From positions 1,600,001-1,664,000 of the forward strand of contig OZ254086.1 in assembly GCA_965267575.1 (NCBI GenBank): a DNA stretch of 64,000 nucleotides. The letters run 5' to 3'. The translations under genes were made by a program, and so were the position numbers. Origin of the DNA: Calditrichales bacterium. GTDB lineage: Bacteria; Calditrichota; Calditrichia; Calditrichales; J004. Of the stretch, positions 30,007 through 40,613 are shown one piece after another; positions within the stretch are counted from its first letter, which is position 1; every line of letters starts with the position of its first letter. Below the pieces are notes generated by a model that was given only the letters and a program-made list of their open reading frames with translations, was not told the DNA's origin and ran no database searches.

Positions 30007-31292
30007 GCAACTATCTCGTCAAAAATCCGGGCCAGTTCGCCGGTTAATGTTTTTCGCTCATAACGGTCGATTGCCTTAGCCGGCGGCGTTAAATTATCAC
30101 CGCTTTGCCAGCGGCCGTACAGGTTGCGCAGCCAATGCAGGGCGTCGTCACTTTTTGAAAAAAGGCGCCCGCTTTCGGTTTCGTTCAGGATTTCCGCGGC
30201 TTCTCCGGTAAAGGGGCTTAAAGCCACAACCGGCCGCCGTGCCGCCAGATATTCAAACAGCTTGCCGGGCAGATGTCCCTCATAATGCGTTGTTTTTTCC
30301 GTAAAAAGCAGCAGAACCGCAGCCCCGCTCATGATGCGCAGTGCTTCCCTGTGCGCCACGTACCCCGGAAAACGCAGCCCGCTCCAGTCACCAAAAATAT
30401 TTTCGATATCGGAGCGGATATGTGATGCCACTTTGCCTGCCAGCGTTAAGCGTACTTTTTTCTTCCGTTCATCATCCGCGTTTATCCACCCGGCCAGTGC
30501 CCTGAAAAAGCGCGGATAATAGCGGTTTTCGTTAAGACCCCCTACATATGCCAGATCAAAACAATCTGTTTCAGGCGAGGGCATATTCTCAAAGTCCGGC
30601 GCGTCAAAGCCATTAGGCAAAATGTAGATGTTTTTGTCTTCCGGTTTTTCCAGCAGGCCGGCGAATTTTTTGCTGACGCAGACGGCCAGGTCGCATTGCT
30701 GTAAAACTTTACGCTCCAGCGCACGATCCTTTTTTGTAGCCCGTTGGCTGCGCTGCTCACCATAATAGTGAATGCGGCTCCAGGGATCTCGGAAATCGGC
30801 CACCCATTTTAGCCCGTGCTTTTGCGCCAGTTTCATGGCAATAAGGTGGCTGGTTGGCGGCGGCGAGGTAGACCATACAACCGCCGGCTTGTGCTCGCGA
30901 ATGATCTTATCCGCCGTGGAAAGCGCGAAGGGCAGCCAAAATTTTTTGGCATCCGGGATAAACCAGTTCATGCGGATAGAGTGGGCCAGACGTTGCTTCC
31001 AGCTCAGGTTTTTCTGGGCAAGAACGCCCACAGTCGTTTCCCCGCTGCCGCGTCCTGCAAACCGTCGGTAAAGCGCGTCCGGCTCCGGGTTGCGGCTACG
31101 AAACACCGGCACCTCCGGTGGTACTTCCTCCGCGAGGGAGGCATCCGTGGCCGGGTAAACGCCGTCCTTAACCGTGAGCACAACCGGCTGCCAGCCAAAG
31201 TGCGGCAGGTAGCGCGCAAACTTCAGCGGACGCTGCACGCCCGGCCCACCCGCGGGCGGCCAGTAATAGCTGATCATCAGGACTTTGTTCAT
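30003..31292 (-). CDS. GT4 family glycosyltransferase
   Basis: YYWPPAGGPGVQR, STSPPPTSH, WVADFRDPW and PGKLFEYLAA motifs. Confidence 0.88.
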   Translation of the reverse strand: MNKVLMISYYWPPAGGPGVQRPLKFARYLPHFGWQPVVLTVKDGVYPATDASLAEEVPPEVPVFRSRNPEPDALYRRFAGRGSGETTVGVLAQKNLSWKQRLAHSIRMNWFIPDAKKFWLPFALSTADKIIREHKPAVVWSTSPPPTSHLIAMKLAQKHGLKWVADFRDPWSRIHYYGEQRSQRATKKDRALERKVLQQCDLAVCVSKKFAGLLEKPEDKNIYILPNGFDAPDFENMPSPETDCFDLAYVGGLNENRYYPRFFRALAGWINADDERKKKVRLTLAGKVASHIRSDIENIFGDWSGLRFPGYVAHREALRIMSGAAVLLLFTEKTTHYEGHLPGKLFEYLAARRPVVALSPFTGEAAEILNETESGRLFSKSDDALHWLRNLYGRWQSGDNLTPPAKAIDRYERKTLTGELARIFDEIVA

Positions 31293-33790
31293 TGTCCGCT
31301 TTGGGCCGCTTTCTTCCTTTGGCGGATAATTCCGCTGAGCAGCGTCCAGGCGATGATCAGGTAAACGATGCCCAGGGAGACGCTGGCGTAGGCCACGTTG
31401 CGGTAGTAGGACGCCGGCTCAAAACGAAGATCCACGCTATGCTGTCCCGGCGCAATAACAACGGATTGCAGGGCGTGGTTGGTTCTGTAAATTGCCTGTG
31501 TCTCCTGGTCGTCAACATAGAGGTGCCAGCCCGGCGGATAGTGCAGCTCTGAAATAACCAGCAGGCTTTGCTTGTCCGTGTAAACCTCCAGGGAAAGCAG
31601 GTTGGGATTAAACTCCTTCACTGTCACTTTATGACTGTCCGGTATGGCAATCGATTCGGCGAGCGGCTGCTCCAGTATGGCGATACTGTCGGGGTCGAAT
31701 TCGGGTGAATTTATAAAACGCAGGCGATCGTATTCGTCCTCAATCACGCGGGTCTGGCCGACGAAAAAGGCGCGCGCGTTGCTATCGCTAAAGCGGTAAA
31801 CAAACTGTTTCTGGTCCTCATCGCGGAAGGCCGGCTGCAGTTGCGGATGCGGAACGGCCTGCGGCATCACAACGTATTTCACGTTAAGCATCTCCAGCAC
31901 ATTCCAGTTGATCGGCAGGCGTTGGTCCCAGCCGTTAAAAATACAGTTTTCAACAATCTCCTCAATCGTGTACATCTTGATCGGTGTATAACCGCCCACC
32001 GTCTGGTGAGAATAGGCCCAGCGGTTGTTATCAAAACCTTCCACCGGCAAAATGCGGAACAGATCGTCATCATCGTTGATGAAGCGGTCAGCCGGCGTGG
32101 CACGGAAATAGTTGCGCTCCAGGCGCTCACGATCGATATAATCCTTGCTGACGCGCTCGCGGATACCGACCAGGTCAACCAGCGTGATCACGATAAAGGC
32201 CAGCACCAGGGCGCCAAAAGCTACTTTCTTTTTGAGATAGGCAAATAGCAATCCGCCGGCAACGAGCACAATCAGGAAATAGCGCAGCAAGTCATCCATA
32301 AACATTTCCTGCCGGGCCTGGGAGATCAGTTGTTGCACATTGGCCTGGTAAGATTCACCGGTTTTTACGAATTCCGCGCCCTGACCGTAGAGAAAAATGA
32401 CAATACCCAAAGCAATAAATGATCCGATGCAGGCGAACAGCAACTTCTGCTGTTTTGAGTCCCCCTCTCCTGAAAAAATCTGCCACAACGCGTTTAACCC
32501 GAAGGCGGCAAACAGGGCGATGATAAACGATGTAACGGTCACGCTCATCATCGGGGCGCGGAATTTGTTAAAGAAGGGTACGTAGTTGTAAAAGAGGCTG
32601 TAAAACCAGGACATGTGGCGCCCGAAAGAGAGCAGCACAAGGAACACGGCAAAAATCCCCAACCCGATGATCAGCGGTTTTTTGCGGTTAAAAACAATCC
32701 CGATCAGCGCCAGCAGAAGCGTAAGCACGCCCATATATTCGTAACTCTGCGTAAAGGGCATTTCGCCCCAATAGCCCGGTATGGTGCGTCCCTTAAGCTG
32801 GCTGACGGCGTCACCCTCATATTTCTCGCCGGACATACCGCCGAAGATGCGCGGCACAAACCAGGTAAGGATTTCTTCAGGGGCTGTGGACCATTGCGTG
32901 GCATATTCTATCGACACGCCATCGTCGCGGTCCAGGTTTTCTGGTTTTTGCGGCTGCTGCAGGTTGATCGTGGTTTTACCGCGCTTGGAGTAGGGCAGAT
33001 ACTCGCGGGCGTTAAACAACGGTTGCGCGGCCATCAATACGGCCAGGGCCACGGCGGCAAATACCATCAAAGTGGACAATCCAAAACGTTTGAAATTTTT
33101 CTCCAGTGCGTCCTTTAAAATGGGGTAAACACCGATGCTGAAAATCAGCAAACCGCTGTAGAATACGATCTGGTAATGTTGCGTGCGTATTTGCAGCCCG
33201 AAAGCCAGCGCAAACAGCGCCATGGCAAACAGCGTTCTTTTTTCCAGGAAATAGAGAAAGGTCAGCGTGATCCATGGCAGCATCATCAGGGCGCGGAATT
33301 TGGTGTAGTGCCCCTCCAGGTAGAGCGATTTGTAATGCGGCATCAGCACAAAGGCCAGGCTGCCAAGAAAGGCCACAAGCGGGCGCATTTTCAGCCAGCG
33401 TAACAGCAGGTAGGTGCCCAGGGCGGCAAAGAGATAATAGATGAACACGTTGTTGGTCAGCCGGCCCAGCCAGTGCAAAATATCATCCGCGGAAAAGGTA
33501 ACCGGATTGATTCGCTGGTAGCGCGGCATTCCGGCAAAAAGATAAGGATTCCACAAAGCGCGGTCGCCGCTCTCCTCTTCAAATTCTTTTACCTGGTTGT
33601 TGGCGCCGATCGAAGCAACCACATCCACACCCTGTGGCGACAAGCCGTCAATAACCATAGGCTTGAGCAAAAATACCATAATGATGGTGAGCAGAACCGG
33701 AAAGAGAATATCCTGCTGCCGCGTGTTTAGGCCGAACCCTTTTTTCTCCGTCGTCTCTTTTTTGCGTTTCGGTTGACTCTTTTTAGCCAT
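31289..33790 (-). CDS. YfhO-family polytopic membrane protein (GT-C-like)
   Basis: LWNPYLFAGMP, HYQIVFY, YWGEMPFT, FNKFRAP, GGYTPIK, LEMLNVKY and SELHYPPGW motifs. Confidence 0.82.
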   Translation of the reverse strand: MAKKSQPKRKKETTEKKGFGLNTRQQDILFPVLLTIIMVFLLKPMVIDGLSPQGVDVVASIGANNQVKEFEEESGDRALWNPYLFAGMPRYQRINPVTFSADDILHWLGRLTNNVFIYYLFAALGTYLLLRWLKMRPLVAFLGSLAFVLMPHYKSLYLEGHYTKFRALMMLPWITLTFLYFLEKRTLFAMALFALAFGLQIRTQHYQIVFYSGLLIFSIGVYPILKDALEKNFKRFGLSTLMVFAAVALAVLMAAQPLFNAREYLPYSKRGKTTINLQQPQKPENLDRDDGVSIEYATQWSTAPEEILTWFVPRIFGGMSGEKYEGDAVSQLKGRTIPGYWGEMPFTQSYEYMGVLTLLLALIGIVFNRKKPLIIGLGIFAVFLVLLSFGRHMSWFYSLFYNYVPFFNKFRAPMMSVTVTSFIIALFAAFGLNALWQIFSGEGDSKQQKLLFACIGSFIALGIVIFLYGQGAEFVKTGESYQANVQQLISQARQEMFMDDLLRYFLIVLVAGGLLFAYLKKKVAFGALVLAFIVITLVDLVGIRERVSKDYIDRERLERNYFRATPADRFINDDDDLFRILPVEGFDNNRWAYSHQTVGGYTPIKMYTIEEIVENCIFNGWDQRLPINWNVLEMLNVKYVVMPQAVPHPQLQPAFRDEDQKQFVYRFSDSNARAFFVGQTRVIEDEYDRLRFINSPEFDPDSIAILEQPLAESIAIPDSHKVTVKEFNPNLLSLEVYTDKQSLLVISELHYPPGWHLYVDDQETQAIYRTNHALQSVVIAPGQHSVDLRFEPASYYRNVAYASVSLGIVYLIIAWTLLSGIIRQRKKAAQSGQ

Positions 33791-33807
33791 TAACAGCTCC
33801 TGACTCT

Positions 33808-34848
33808 TTATTTATAATAGTTTTTCCTGAAACCGCTATGCGCGCCTTTGCCCAAGATAATACGACGCGTGAAATTGTACAAAAAGCCCAGGCCATAGCC
33901 CAAAACCTGCGCCGGCATCACCAGCGGCAACCATAACGCCGGCCGGAACGAACGGTACATGATAATGGCGTCGATCAACGAAAAAATCAGGCCGAGGCAG
34001 GCCAGCGTAAAGCCAGCGTAAAAAATATTTAGCGCGATTGTATTGAACGGCGCGAGCAGACACACCAGTATAATCAAAAGCGTGGCAATAGCGGGCAGGG
34101 CATGCAGCGGCTCCAGCATCATGCGGTCTATTTTATACAGGTTGATGCGTGCTACGCCCCAGTTGAATACCTGCTTAAAAAAGCGCCGCAGATTGGTGCG
34201 TCTTTTGTGGTAAACCGGGGCGTCAACAAAGACCACACGGGCGCCGCTTTTGATAATACGGTGGCTGTACTCGATATCCTGGCCGTGACGCAGCGCGCCA
34301 AAGCCGCCTATTTTTTGCCACAGCTCGCGGCTTAGCCCCATGTTGAAAGAGCGCGGGTAAAATTTAGCCAGCTTTTTACCCTTGCGTCCGCGCAGGCCGC
34401 CGGTCAGCAAAAAGGAAGTCATCGAGTAGTTGATAGCCTTAAGCAGTGGCGAAAACTCCTCGTGAAACGTGTCGGGGCCGCCAAAAGCGTCTGCCCCGGA
34501 TGAGCTTAATTCTTCGTCAATTTTTTTTAGCCAGTCCGCGGGCATGGTTACGTCGGAGTCGACAAAAATAAAAAAGCTGCCCTGTGCCTTTTCCATGGCC
34601 AGGTTGCGAGCGGCGCCGGGGCCCTGGTTTTTCTGGCGGATGTAGCGCAGGTGGTAGACATTCTGCTTTTGTACCGCAATAGCCAGCTCCCTGGTGGAAT
34701 CCGTTGAGCCGTCATCGGAAAGAATGACTTCAAAACGATCCCGCGGGAAATCCAGCATCGAAAGCGATTGCAGCAGTTCGCGCAACTCGCTCGCGCGGTT
34801 AAACGTGGGGATGATAATGGAATAAGTGTGTGAACGGGTTGTACTCAT
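33808..34848 (-). CDS. GT2 family glycosyltransferase with C-terminal TM helices
   Basis: SIIIPTFNR, DDGSTD, NQGPGAARN, FVDSD, PRSFNMG, GQDIE and VYHKRR motifs. Confidence 0.9.
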   Translation of the reverse strand: MSTTRSHTYSIIIPTFNRASELRELLQSLSMLDFPRDRFEVILSDDGSTDSTRELAIAVQKQNVYHLRYIRQKNQGPGAARNLAMEKAQGSFFIFVDSDVTMPADWLKKIDEELSSSGADAFGGPDTFHEEFSPLLKAINYSMTSFLLTGGLRGRKGKKLAKFYPRSFNMGLSRELWQKIGGFGALRHGQDIEYSHRIIKSGARVVFVDAPVYHKRRTNLRRFFKQVFNWGVARINLYKIDRMMLEPLHALPAIATLLIILVCLLAPFNTIALNIFYAGFTLACLGLIFSLIDAIIMYRSFRPALWLPLVMPAQVLGYGLGFLYNFTRRIILGKGAHSGFRKNYYK

Positions 34849-34862
34849 TCAGCCGTGGCCGC

Positions 34863-35786
34863 TCAGTTTAGCTCGTCTTTGACGGTGTAGTCGATAGAGG
34901 TGCCCCGTGTGTTGATCAGCATTTCGCCGATAAGCCCGAGCGAGAAAAACTGCACACCCACGATGATCAGCAAAACACCGAGGAAAAACAGCGGGCGCTG
35001 ACCAATGCCATAGCCCTGGAACCATAAGACGGAAAGATAGATCAGGATGATTACGCCCAAAACGGAAGCACCCAGCCCCAGGAAACCAAAAAGATGCAGC
35101 GGCTTCTGGCGGAAACGCGTTATGAACAAAACGGTCAGCAGATCGAAAAAGCCGTTAAAGAAGCGTTTGACGCCAAATTTGGAACGGCCAAATTTGCGGG
35201 CGTGATGCTTTACCACAAGCTCGCCGACGTTAAAGCCCAGCCAATGGGCCAGCACGGGCAGGTAGCGGTGCAGCTCTCCGTAAACCGGGATTGCCTTGAT
35301 GACCGCGCTGCGATACGCCTTAAGGCCGCAGTTGAAGTCGTGAATGTGAATGCCGGTAAGCATGCGCGTTACAGCATTAAACAATTTGGATGGCAGGGTT
35401 TTGCTCAGCGGGTCGTTGCGTTTTTGCTTCCAGCCGCTTACCAGGTCCAGCCCCTCGTTGATCTTTTGGACCAGGTTGGGGATTTCCGCCGGGTCGTCTT
35501 GCAGGTCGGCGTCCATGGTGATCACGATATTGCCGCGCGTTCTTTTAAAGCCCTCGGAGAGTGCGGCGCTTTTACCGAAATTGCGGTTGAAACGCACAAC
35601 GCGGATATAACCGTACTGCTGCTTAAGCTTTTTTAAAATATTAAAGGAGTCATCGGTGCTGCCATCATCCACAAAAATGATCTCGTGGGTTTTGGAAACC
35701 TTTTTAAGCTGCTCATCAATGCGGCGTGTCAGTTCGGGGAGGGATTCGGCCTCGTTAAAAAGAGGTACAACGATCGATATTTCCAT
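34863..35786 (-). CDS. GT2 polyprenol-phosphate glycosyltransferase (ArnC/DPM-like)
   Basis: VVPLFNEAESL, RNFGKSAAL, ITMDADLQDDP, HDFNCGLKAYR and YGELHRYLP motifs; two C-terminal TMs. Confidence 0.9.
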   Translation of the reverse strand: MEISIVVPLFNEAESLPELTRRIDEQLKKVSKTHEIIFVDDGSTDDSFNILKKLKQQYGYIRVVRFNRNFGKSAALSEGFKRTRGNIVITMDADLQDDPAEIPNLVQKINEGLDLVSGWKQKRNDPLSKTLPSKLFNAVTRMLTGIHIHDFNCGLKAYRSAVIKAIPVYGELHRYLPVLAHWLGFNVGELVVKHHARKFGRSKFGVKRFFNGFFDLLTVLFITRFRQKPLHLFGFLGLGASVLGVIILIYLSVLWFQGYGIGQRPLFFLGVLLIIVGVQFFSLGLIGEMLINTRGTSIDYTVKDELN

Positions 35787-35805
35787 AAAGCGCAAAATAC
35801 ATTCA

Positions 35806-36579
35806 TTATAATGAGAGGTCTATTTGGGTCGCGGAATCGGAAATGTGAATATTATAGCGCTCGGCAGCGATCGGTTCATTGATTTGCAGGCCGGTATAGA
35901 TAATAGTCACACCCTGCTTCTCATCCGGACGAACGAAATTTACGAGGTGCGGGAAATAAATGCCATTTACTTTGCGGAAGTTGTCGTATTCTTTATAAAA
36001 TTGCAGTTGCTCTTCCAGGTAATACTCGATACGCGTGATCAGGTAATTTTCCGGATCAAACCAGATATGGTAGCTGTAGGCGCCGTTGGAGGCTTCCAGG
36101 TAATATTGGTCGTCGCGGACGGAGTAGCTTTGCTTCTGCAGCACATTAAAGCTGTTTTGCGCGGTAAAAAGATCGCTAAGCTGGTCCACATCCATTGGAA
36201 ACTGCAGGAAACGCCTGCCGCTGAGTTGCGCGCGATCGCCGGTGTAAAACTGGTTCATGGCCTGGTTGTAAAAAACAAAGCGGCTTTTGGAGAAATAGAC
36301 TTTTCCCAGGCGCATGCCAAACGGGCCGGTAACGGTAATTAAAAGACTGTCGCTTTCGTTGCGCAAAATTTCTGCGCTCAGGTTGCCGGAATATTCCGGC
36401 GTATCCAGCGTAATGCGCATGTCTCCGCTAATTGTTTTGATTGCATCCTGCCACTCCGCGTTATGACGCAAAAGCAGCTGGTAATCGGTTTTTTCTGCAT
36501 CGGGTTTTGTCGTGCTGAAATAGGCGCATCCCTGCAAAAAGAAGGCGAGCGATAACAATACTAATAATTTTTTCATCAA
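35806..36579 (-). CDS. DUF4292-like lipoprotein (LolA/LolB-like fold)
   Basis: Lipobox FLQGC; DSLLITVTGPFG and YDNFRKVNGIYFP segments; follows a TPR gene. Confidence 0.65.
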   Translation of the reverse strand: MMKKLLVLLSLAFFLQGCAYFSTTKPDAEKTDYQLLLRHNAEWQDAIKTISGDMRITLDTPEYSGNLSAEILRNESDSLLITVTGPFGMRLGKVYFSKSRFVFYNQAMNQFYTGDRAQLSGRRFLQFPMDVDQLSDLFTAQNSFNVLQKQSYSVRDDQYYLEASNGAYSYHIWFDPENYLITRIEYYLEEQLQFYKEYDNFRKVNGIYFPHLVNFVRPDEKQGVTIIYTGLQINEPIAAERYNIHISDSATQIDLSL

Positions 36580-38267
36580 TATGAATGTGCTTCCAGTTTA
36601 TCGTTTACAGATTTGTTTCCGGGATCTAATTCAAATGCTTTCTGCCAGCTGGCGCGGGCCTGCTCCACATTGTCCAGCTTAAAAAAGATATCACCAAGGT
36701 GCTCCCAGACCACCGCCGATTCGGGACGTACTTCCAGTGATTTTTGCACCCACTCCAGCGCGCCGTCATAGTCTCCCATTTTGTAGAGTATCCAGCCGTA
36801 GGTGTCGAGGTAGGCGCCGTTTTCCGGTTCCGCGGTAATTGCCTTGCGCGACATCTCGAGGGCTTCCTCCAGACGCAGGTCCCTTTCCACCAGGCTCCAG
36901 GCGTAGTTATTCAGAAGCAGCGGATTATCGGGCAGTTGCTGCAGGCCAAATTCGTAAATGCTGTCGCTTTTGGCGACCATGTTCAGTTCCTCATACACAA
37001 TAGGCAGGGAACTAAGCGCGTTCAGGTTGGATGGATCCAGTACGAGGGCGCGGTTGAATGGGCCAACGGCTTCACGGAATTTCTTTTGCTGTTGCAGCGA
37101 AATGCCGTACCACGACCACAATTCCGCGTCGCGTGGCAGATGACTCACGGCATCGCGGAAGTTGGCGGAAACGGCTTCCTTGTCGCCCATATCGGAATAT
37201 GTGAAGCCCAGAAAAAGCCAGCCATAGCGGTTTTTAGGATCGGAGTTTACAATTTCCTGAAAATAGCCGGCGGCGTCCTGGTAATTCTTACTTTCCAGTT
37301 CAATGCGTCCCAGCAGGTCGTAAACACCCCAGGGAACATCCTTGCGGCTGGCCAGTGGCAGCAATAACTCGCGCGTTTGTTCCGGCTGATCCAGAAAATA
37401 GTGCGCTTCGGCCATCATGATACGTGCCGTTAAATTGTCGCCCTTATTTAAAACGGGCTGATATAGATTGATCACTTCCTGGTACATGCGCTGCTCGCGG
37501 AAGAGCAGGGCCAGGTTATTCATGGCCTCGCTGTTGCCGGGGTCCAGCTCCAGCGCTTTGCGAAAACTCTTTATTGCAGGGGCGGTTTCACCCAGGTTAT
37601 CCTGAGCCTCGGCACGCAACTCCCAAATGGTGCTGTTTGTAGAATCGATCTCCAGCCACTCATTGATATATTTCAGCGCGTTTCTGAAATCGTCCTGCTC
37701 CACGTATGCTTCTACAATCTGCTTGAGCACAGTCTGGCTTTTGCCGTAAATATGCAGCAGGTCTTCGTAAAGCCTGGCCTTGCCGGCCACGTCATCATTT
37801 TTTTCATAGAGGAAGAAAAGAAAATTACGCGCTTCCTCGTTCAGCGGGTCCAGTGCCAGGATTTTTTCGTAGGTGCCAATGGCCAGGCTATCCTTGCGCT
37901 GGCGGAAATAGACCTCGCCCAAAAGGGTCAGCGTCTCAATGTTGTCAGGCTCCAGGGAGCGGGCTTTGCTCAGATGGTAATAGGCCGGTTCCAGCTCGTT
38001 CAGCTTGATGTAATTTTCGGCCAGGCTGTTGCAGATCGTGGCCGAGGTTGTATCATAGATCTGTGCTTTGTGGAACTGGATCAACGCTTCGCTGTAGCGT
38101 TCTTCCATTTGCAGGTACAGGCCTTTAAGAAAGTATTCCCGGGCCTTAAAGGATATTTGTTCCTGCTCATGCGTTTCGCTTTCAACAGTGCTTTTACGCA
38201 GCGCGGAACAACCCTGAATGGAGAGGGAACCGATCACAAAAATCAAAAGTAATATGGGCGTCTTCAT
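36576..38267 (-). CDS. TPR-repeat lipoprotein
   Basis: Lipobox SIQGC; many TPR repeats; LNNYAWSL..AYLDTYGWILYK..EHLGDI C-terminal signature. Confidence 0.88.
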   Translation of the reverse strand: MKTPILLLIFVIGSLSIQGCSALRKSTVESETHEQEQISFKAREYFLKGLYLQMEERYSEALIQFHKAQIYDTTSATICNSLAENYIKLNELEPAYYHLSKARSLEPDNIETLTLLGEVYFRQRKDSLAIGTYEKILALDPLNEEARNFLFFLYEKNDDVAGKARLYEDLLHIYGKSQTVLKQIVEAYVEQDDFRNALKYINEWLEIDSTNSTIWELRAEAQDNLGETAPAIKSFRKALELDPGNSEAMNNLALLFREQRMYQEVINLYQPVLNKGDNLTARIMMAEAHYFLDQPEQTRELLLPLASRKDVPWGVYDLLGRIELESKNYQDAAGYFQEIVNSDPKNRYGWLFLGFTYSDMGDKEAVSANFRDAVSHLPRDAELWSWYGISLQQQKKFREAVGPFNRALVLDPSNLNALSSLPIVYEELNMVAKSDSIYEFGLQQLPDNPLLLNNYAWSLVERDLRLEEALEMSRKAITAEPENGAYLDTYGWILYKMGDYDGALEWVQKSLEVRPESAVVWEHLGDIFFKLDNVEQARASWQKAFELDPGNKSVNDKLEAHSY

Positions 38268-38413
38268 AAGCCGCTAAATATAGGTTTTACAGTTAAGGAT
38301 AACAAGGCCGCTTTCTTGCGAATGTTTCGGCTTTTGGTTAGCTTTCTTGCGCAATAAAAGCATCCCGTCCGGCACGGGATTATAGAACAGGTCATCAAAA
38401 AAGTTCCGGATTA

Positions 38414-40576
38414 ATGAAACGAAAAAAAAGAAACAACACTTCCTCGAATATTTCCCCGTTTAAAAGCAGTGCCTCTCAAACCGTGTTCAAGCCCAGTTTT
38501 TCAGAAGCCTTTAAAGATAAAAAACATTGGCTGATTATTTCCGTGCTGGCGGTTGTCGTCATCGGAGGCCTTATTTTTTTCTGGCAAATCAGCCGTGACC
38601 TGCCGCCTCTGGCTAAACTGGAACGGATTGAACCGGCCATGGCCACACAGGTCTATTCGTCCAACGGGGAAATCCTGCACTCCTTTTTTACATCCAACAG
38701 GGCCTATACGCCATATGACCGTATCCCCTCGCATGTAATTGACGCCTTGCTTTCGCGCGAAGACCGCAGCTTTTACGATCATTGGGGCATCAACCTGATG
38801 GGTATCGCCCGGGCCATCATTGTCGATATCCGTGAAATGGCTATCGTGGAAGGGGGCAGCACACTGACAATGCAGCTGGCCAAAAACCTCTACTTTGGCC
38901 GTGAACAGACTTTTACAAGAAAAATCAAGGAAGCCTTGACCGCCATCCAGATCGAGAAGACCTATTCTAAAAACGAAATTCTCGAGATGTACCTCAATGT
39001 AAATGATTTTGGTAATAATGCGTTTGGTATACAGGCTGCCGCGAGACGCTATTTTGATAAACCCGTTGAAGACATAACGGTGGATGAAGCCGCGCTGCTC
39101 ATCGGTATTTTAAAAGGCACCACACGCTATTCGCCCATTCGTCACCCGGAGCGTGCAAAGCACCAGCGCAACGTGGTACTAAGTACCATGGTCAGCAATG
39201 ACATGCTGAGCAAAGAAGCCTTCGACAGTCTTAAACAAAAACCATTGGGGTTAAACCTCAACGATCCAAATGAAATGAAAACGGCGCCCTATTTCACGGA
39301 ATTCATCCGGCGTCAACTGAACAGCCTGCAGGACTCGCTGGGGGTAAATATCTATGAAGACGGATTGCGGGTTTACACGACGCTTAATACAAAATTTCAG
39401 CACTATATGGAGAAGGCCGTAGAAAAGCACATCGACGCGGTGCAACAGCGAGTACGTAACCAGCGTGCTTTCAGGGAATTGCAGGAAACCCTGAGTGATT
39501 CGGCTTTTAATGAAGTAACTACCGTGCAGATCGCTTTTACAGCATTGAACCCGCACAACGGCCATATCCTGGCGATGATCGGCGGGCGCGATTTCAGCAA
39601 GTCCAAATTCAACCGCGCCACCCAGGCACGCAGACAGCCCGGTTCGGCCTTTAAGCCGTTCCTCTACACCGCGGCGATCGACAATGGGTTCTCACCCGTG
39701 GACCAGTATCTCAACCAGCCCACGGTAGAGATCAACCCCGATGGCACGCGCTGGACGCCGGAAAATTATGACAAATCCGTCGGCGGGCTGACCACCTTGC
39801 GCGAAGCGCTGTACCGCTCACTTAACCTAGTGGCCGTGCGCCTTATCGCCGATGTAAATCCGCGCAATGTGGCGCGTTATGCCAAAGCGCTGGGTCTTTC
39901 CACGCAAATTCGACCTTTCTCCTCGCTGGCACTTGGCAGCTCTGAGGTGATACCCCTTGAACTGACTGCGGCCTATGGCACATTCGCCAATAACGGCCTG
40001 CTTGTTGAACCGATCGGTATTATCCGCATCGAGGACCGCAACGGCAACATCATTTACCGCGATACGCCGCGGCCCAGCGAAGCGCTTTCGCCGGAGACAG
40101 CCCATATCGTGCGCGACATGATGGAAGATGTAGTGCGCCGCGGAACGGGTTACGCCCTGATACGTGACTATGGTTTATATAATCTGCCTTTGGCCGGAAA
40201 AACCGGTACCACCAACGACTTTACCGATGCCTGGTTTGTGGGGTATACGCCGGACATAGCCGCCAGTGTCTGGGTGGGGCTGGACGATCCGCAGATGAGC
40301 CTGGGACCGGGTATGACCGGCTCCGTGGCCGCCTTGCCCATGTGGGGCGAGTTTGTAAGTACGGTTTATGACAGTGTGGATTTTATCCATGGCCGTTTTG
40401 TTGATTCGCCGGGTGTGCTGAATGTGGAGGTATGCCTGGAAAGCAAAAAGCTGGCAACTCCTTACTGCCCCAATACGGTAACCGATCTGTTCACCGTGCG
40501 CAATAAACCCGCTGCCACCTGCGAAATTCACGGCGGCTTTGATTCAGTTAAGAAGACGCGGAAGAGGAGATTTTAA
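38414..40576 (+). CDS. Class A penicillin-binding protein (PBP1A family)
   Basis: Transglycosylase EDRSFYDHWG, GGSTLTMQLAKN and RKIKE motifs; transpeptidase SAFK, SLN and KTGT motifs. Confidence 0.94.
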   Translation: MKRKKRNNTSSNISPFKSSASQTVFKPSFSEAFKDKKHWLIISVLAVVVIGGLIFFWQISRDLPPLAKLERIEPAMATQVYSSNGEILHSFFTSNRAYTPYDRIPSHVIDALLSREDRSFYDHWGINLMGIARAIIVDIREMAIVEGGSTLTMQLAKNLYFGREQTFTRKIKEALTAIQIEKTYSKNEILEMYLNVNDFGNNAFGIQAAARRYFDKPVEDITVDEAALLIGILKGTTRYSPIRHPERAKHQRNVVLSTMVSNDMLSKEAFDSLKQKPLGLNLNDPNEMKTAPYFTEFIRRQLNSLQDSLGVNIYEDGLRVYTTLNTKFQHYMEKAVEKHIDAVQQRVRNQRAFRELQETLSDSAFNEVTTVQIAFTALNPHNGHILAMIGGRDFSKSKFNRATQARRQPGSAFKPFLYTAAIDNGFSPVDQYLNQPTVEINPDGTRWTPENYDKSVGGLTTLREALYRSLNLVAVRLIADVNPRNVARYAKALGLSTQIRPFSSLALGSSEVIPLELTAAYGTFANNGLLVEPIGIIRIEDRNGNIIYRDTPRPSEALSPETAHIVRDMMEDVVRRGTGYALIRDYGLYNLPLAGKTGTTNDFTDAWFVGYTPDIAASVWVGLDDPQMSLGPGMTGSVAALPMWGEFVSTVYDSVDFIHGRFVDSPGVLNVEVCLESKKLATPYCPNTVTDLFTVRNKPAATCEIHGGFDSVKKTRKRRF

Positions 40577-40613
40577 TTATTCTTATCGAGCCGGGTAATA
40601 ATTTCAACTTAGT

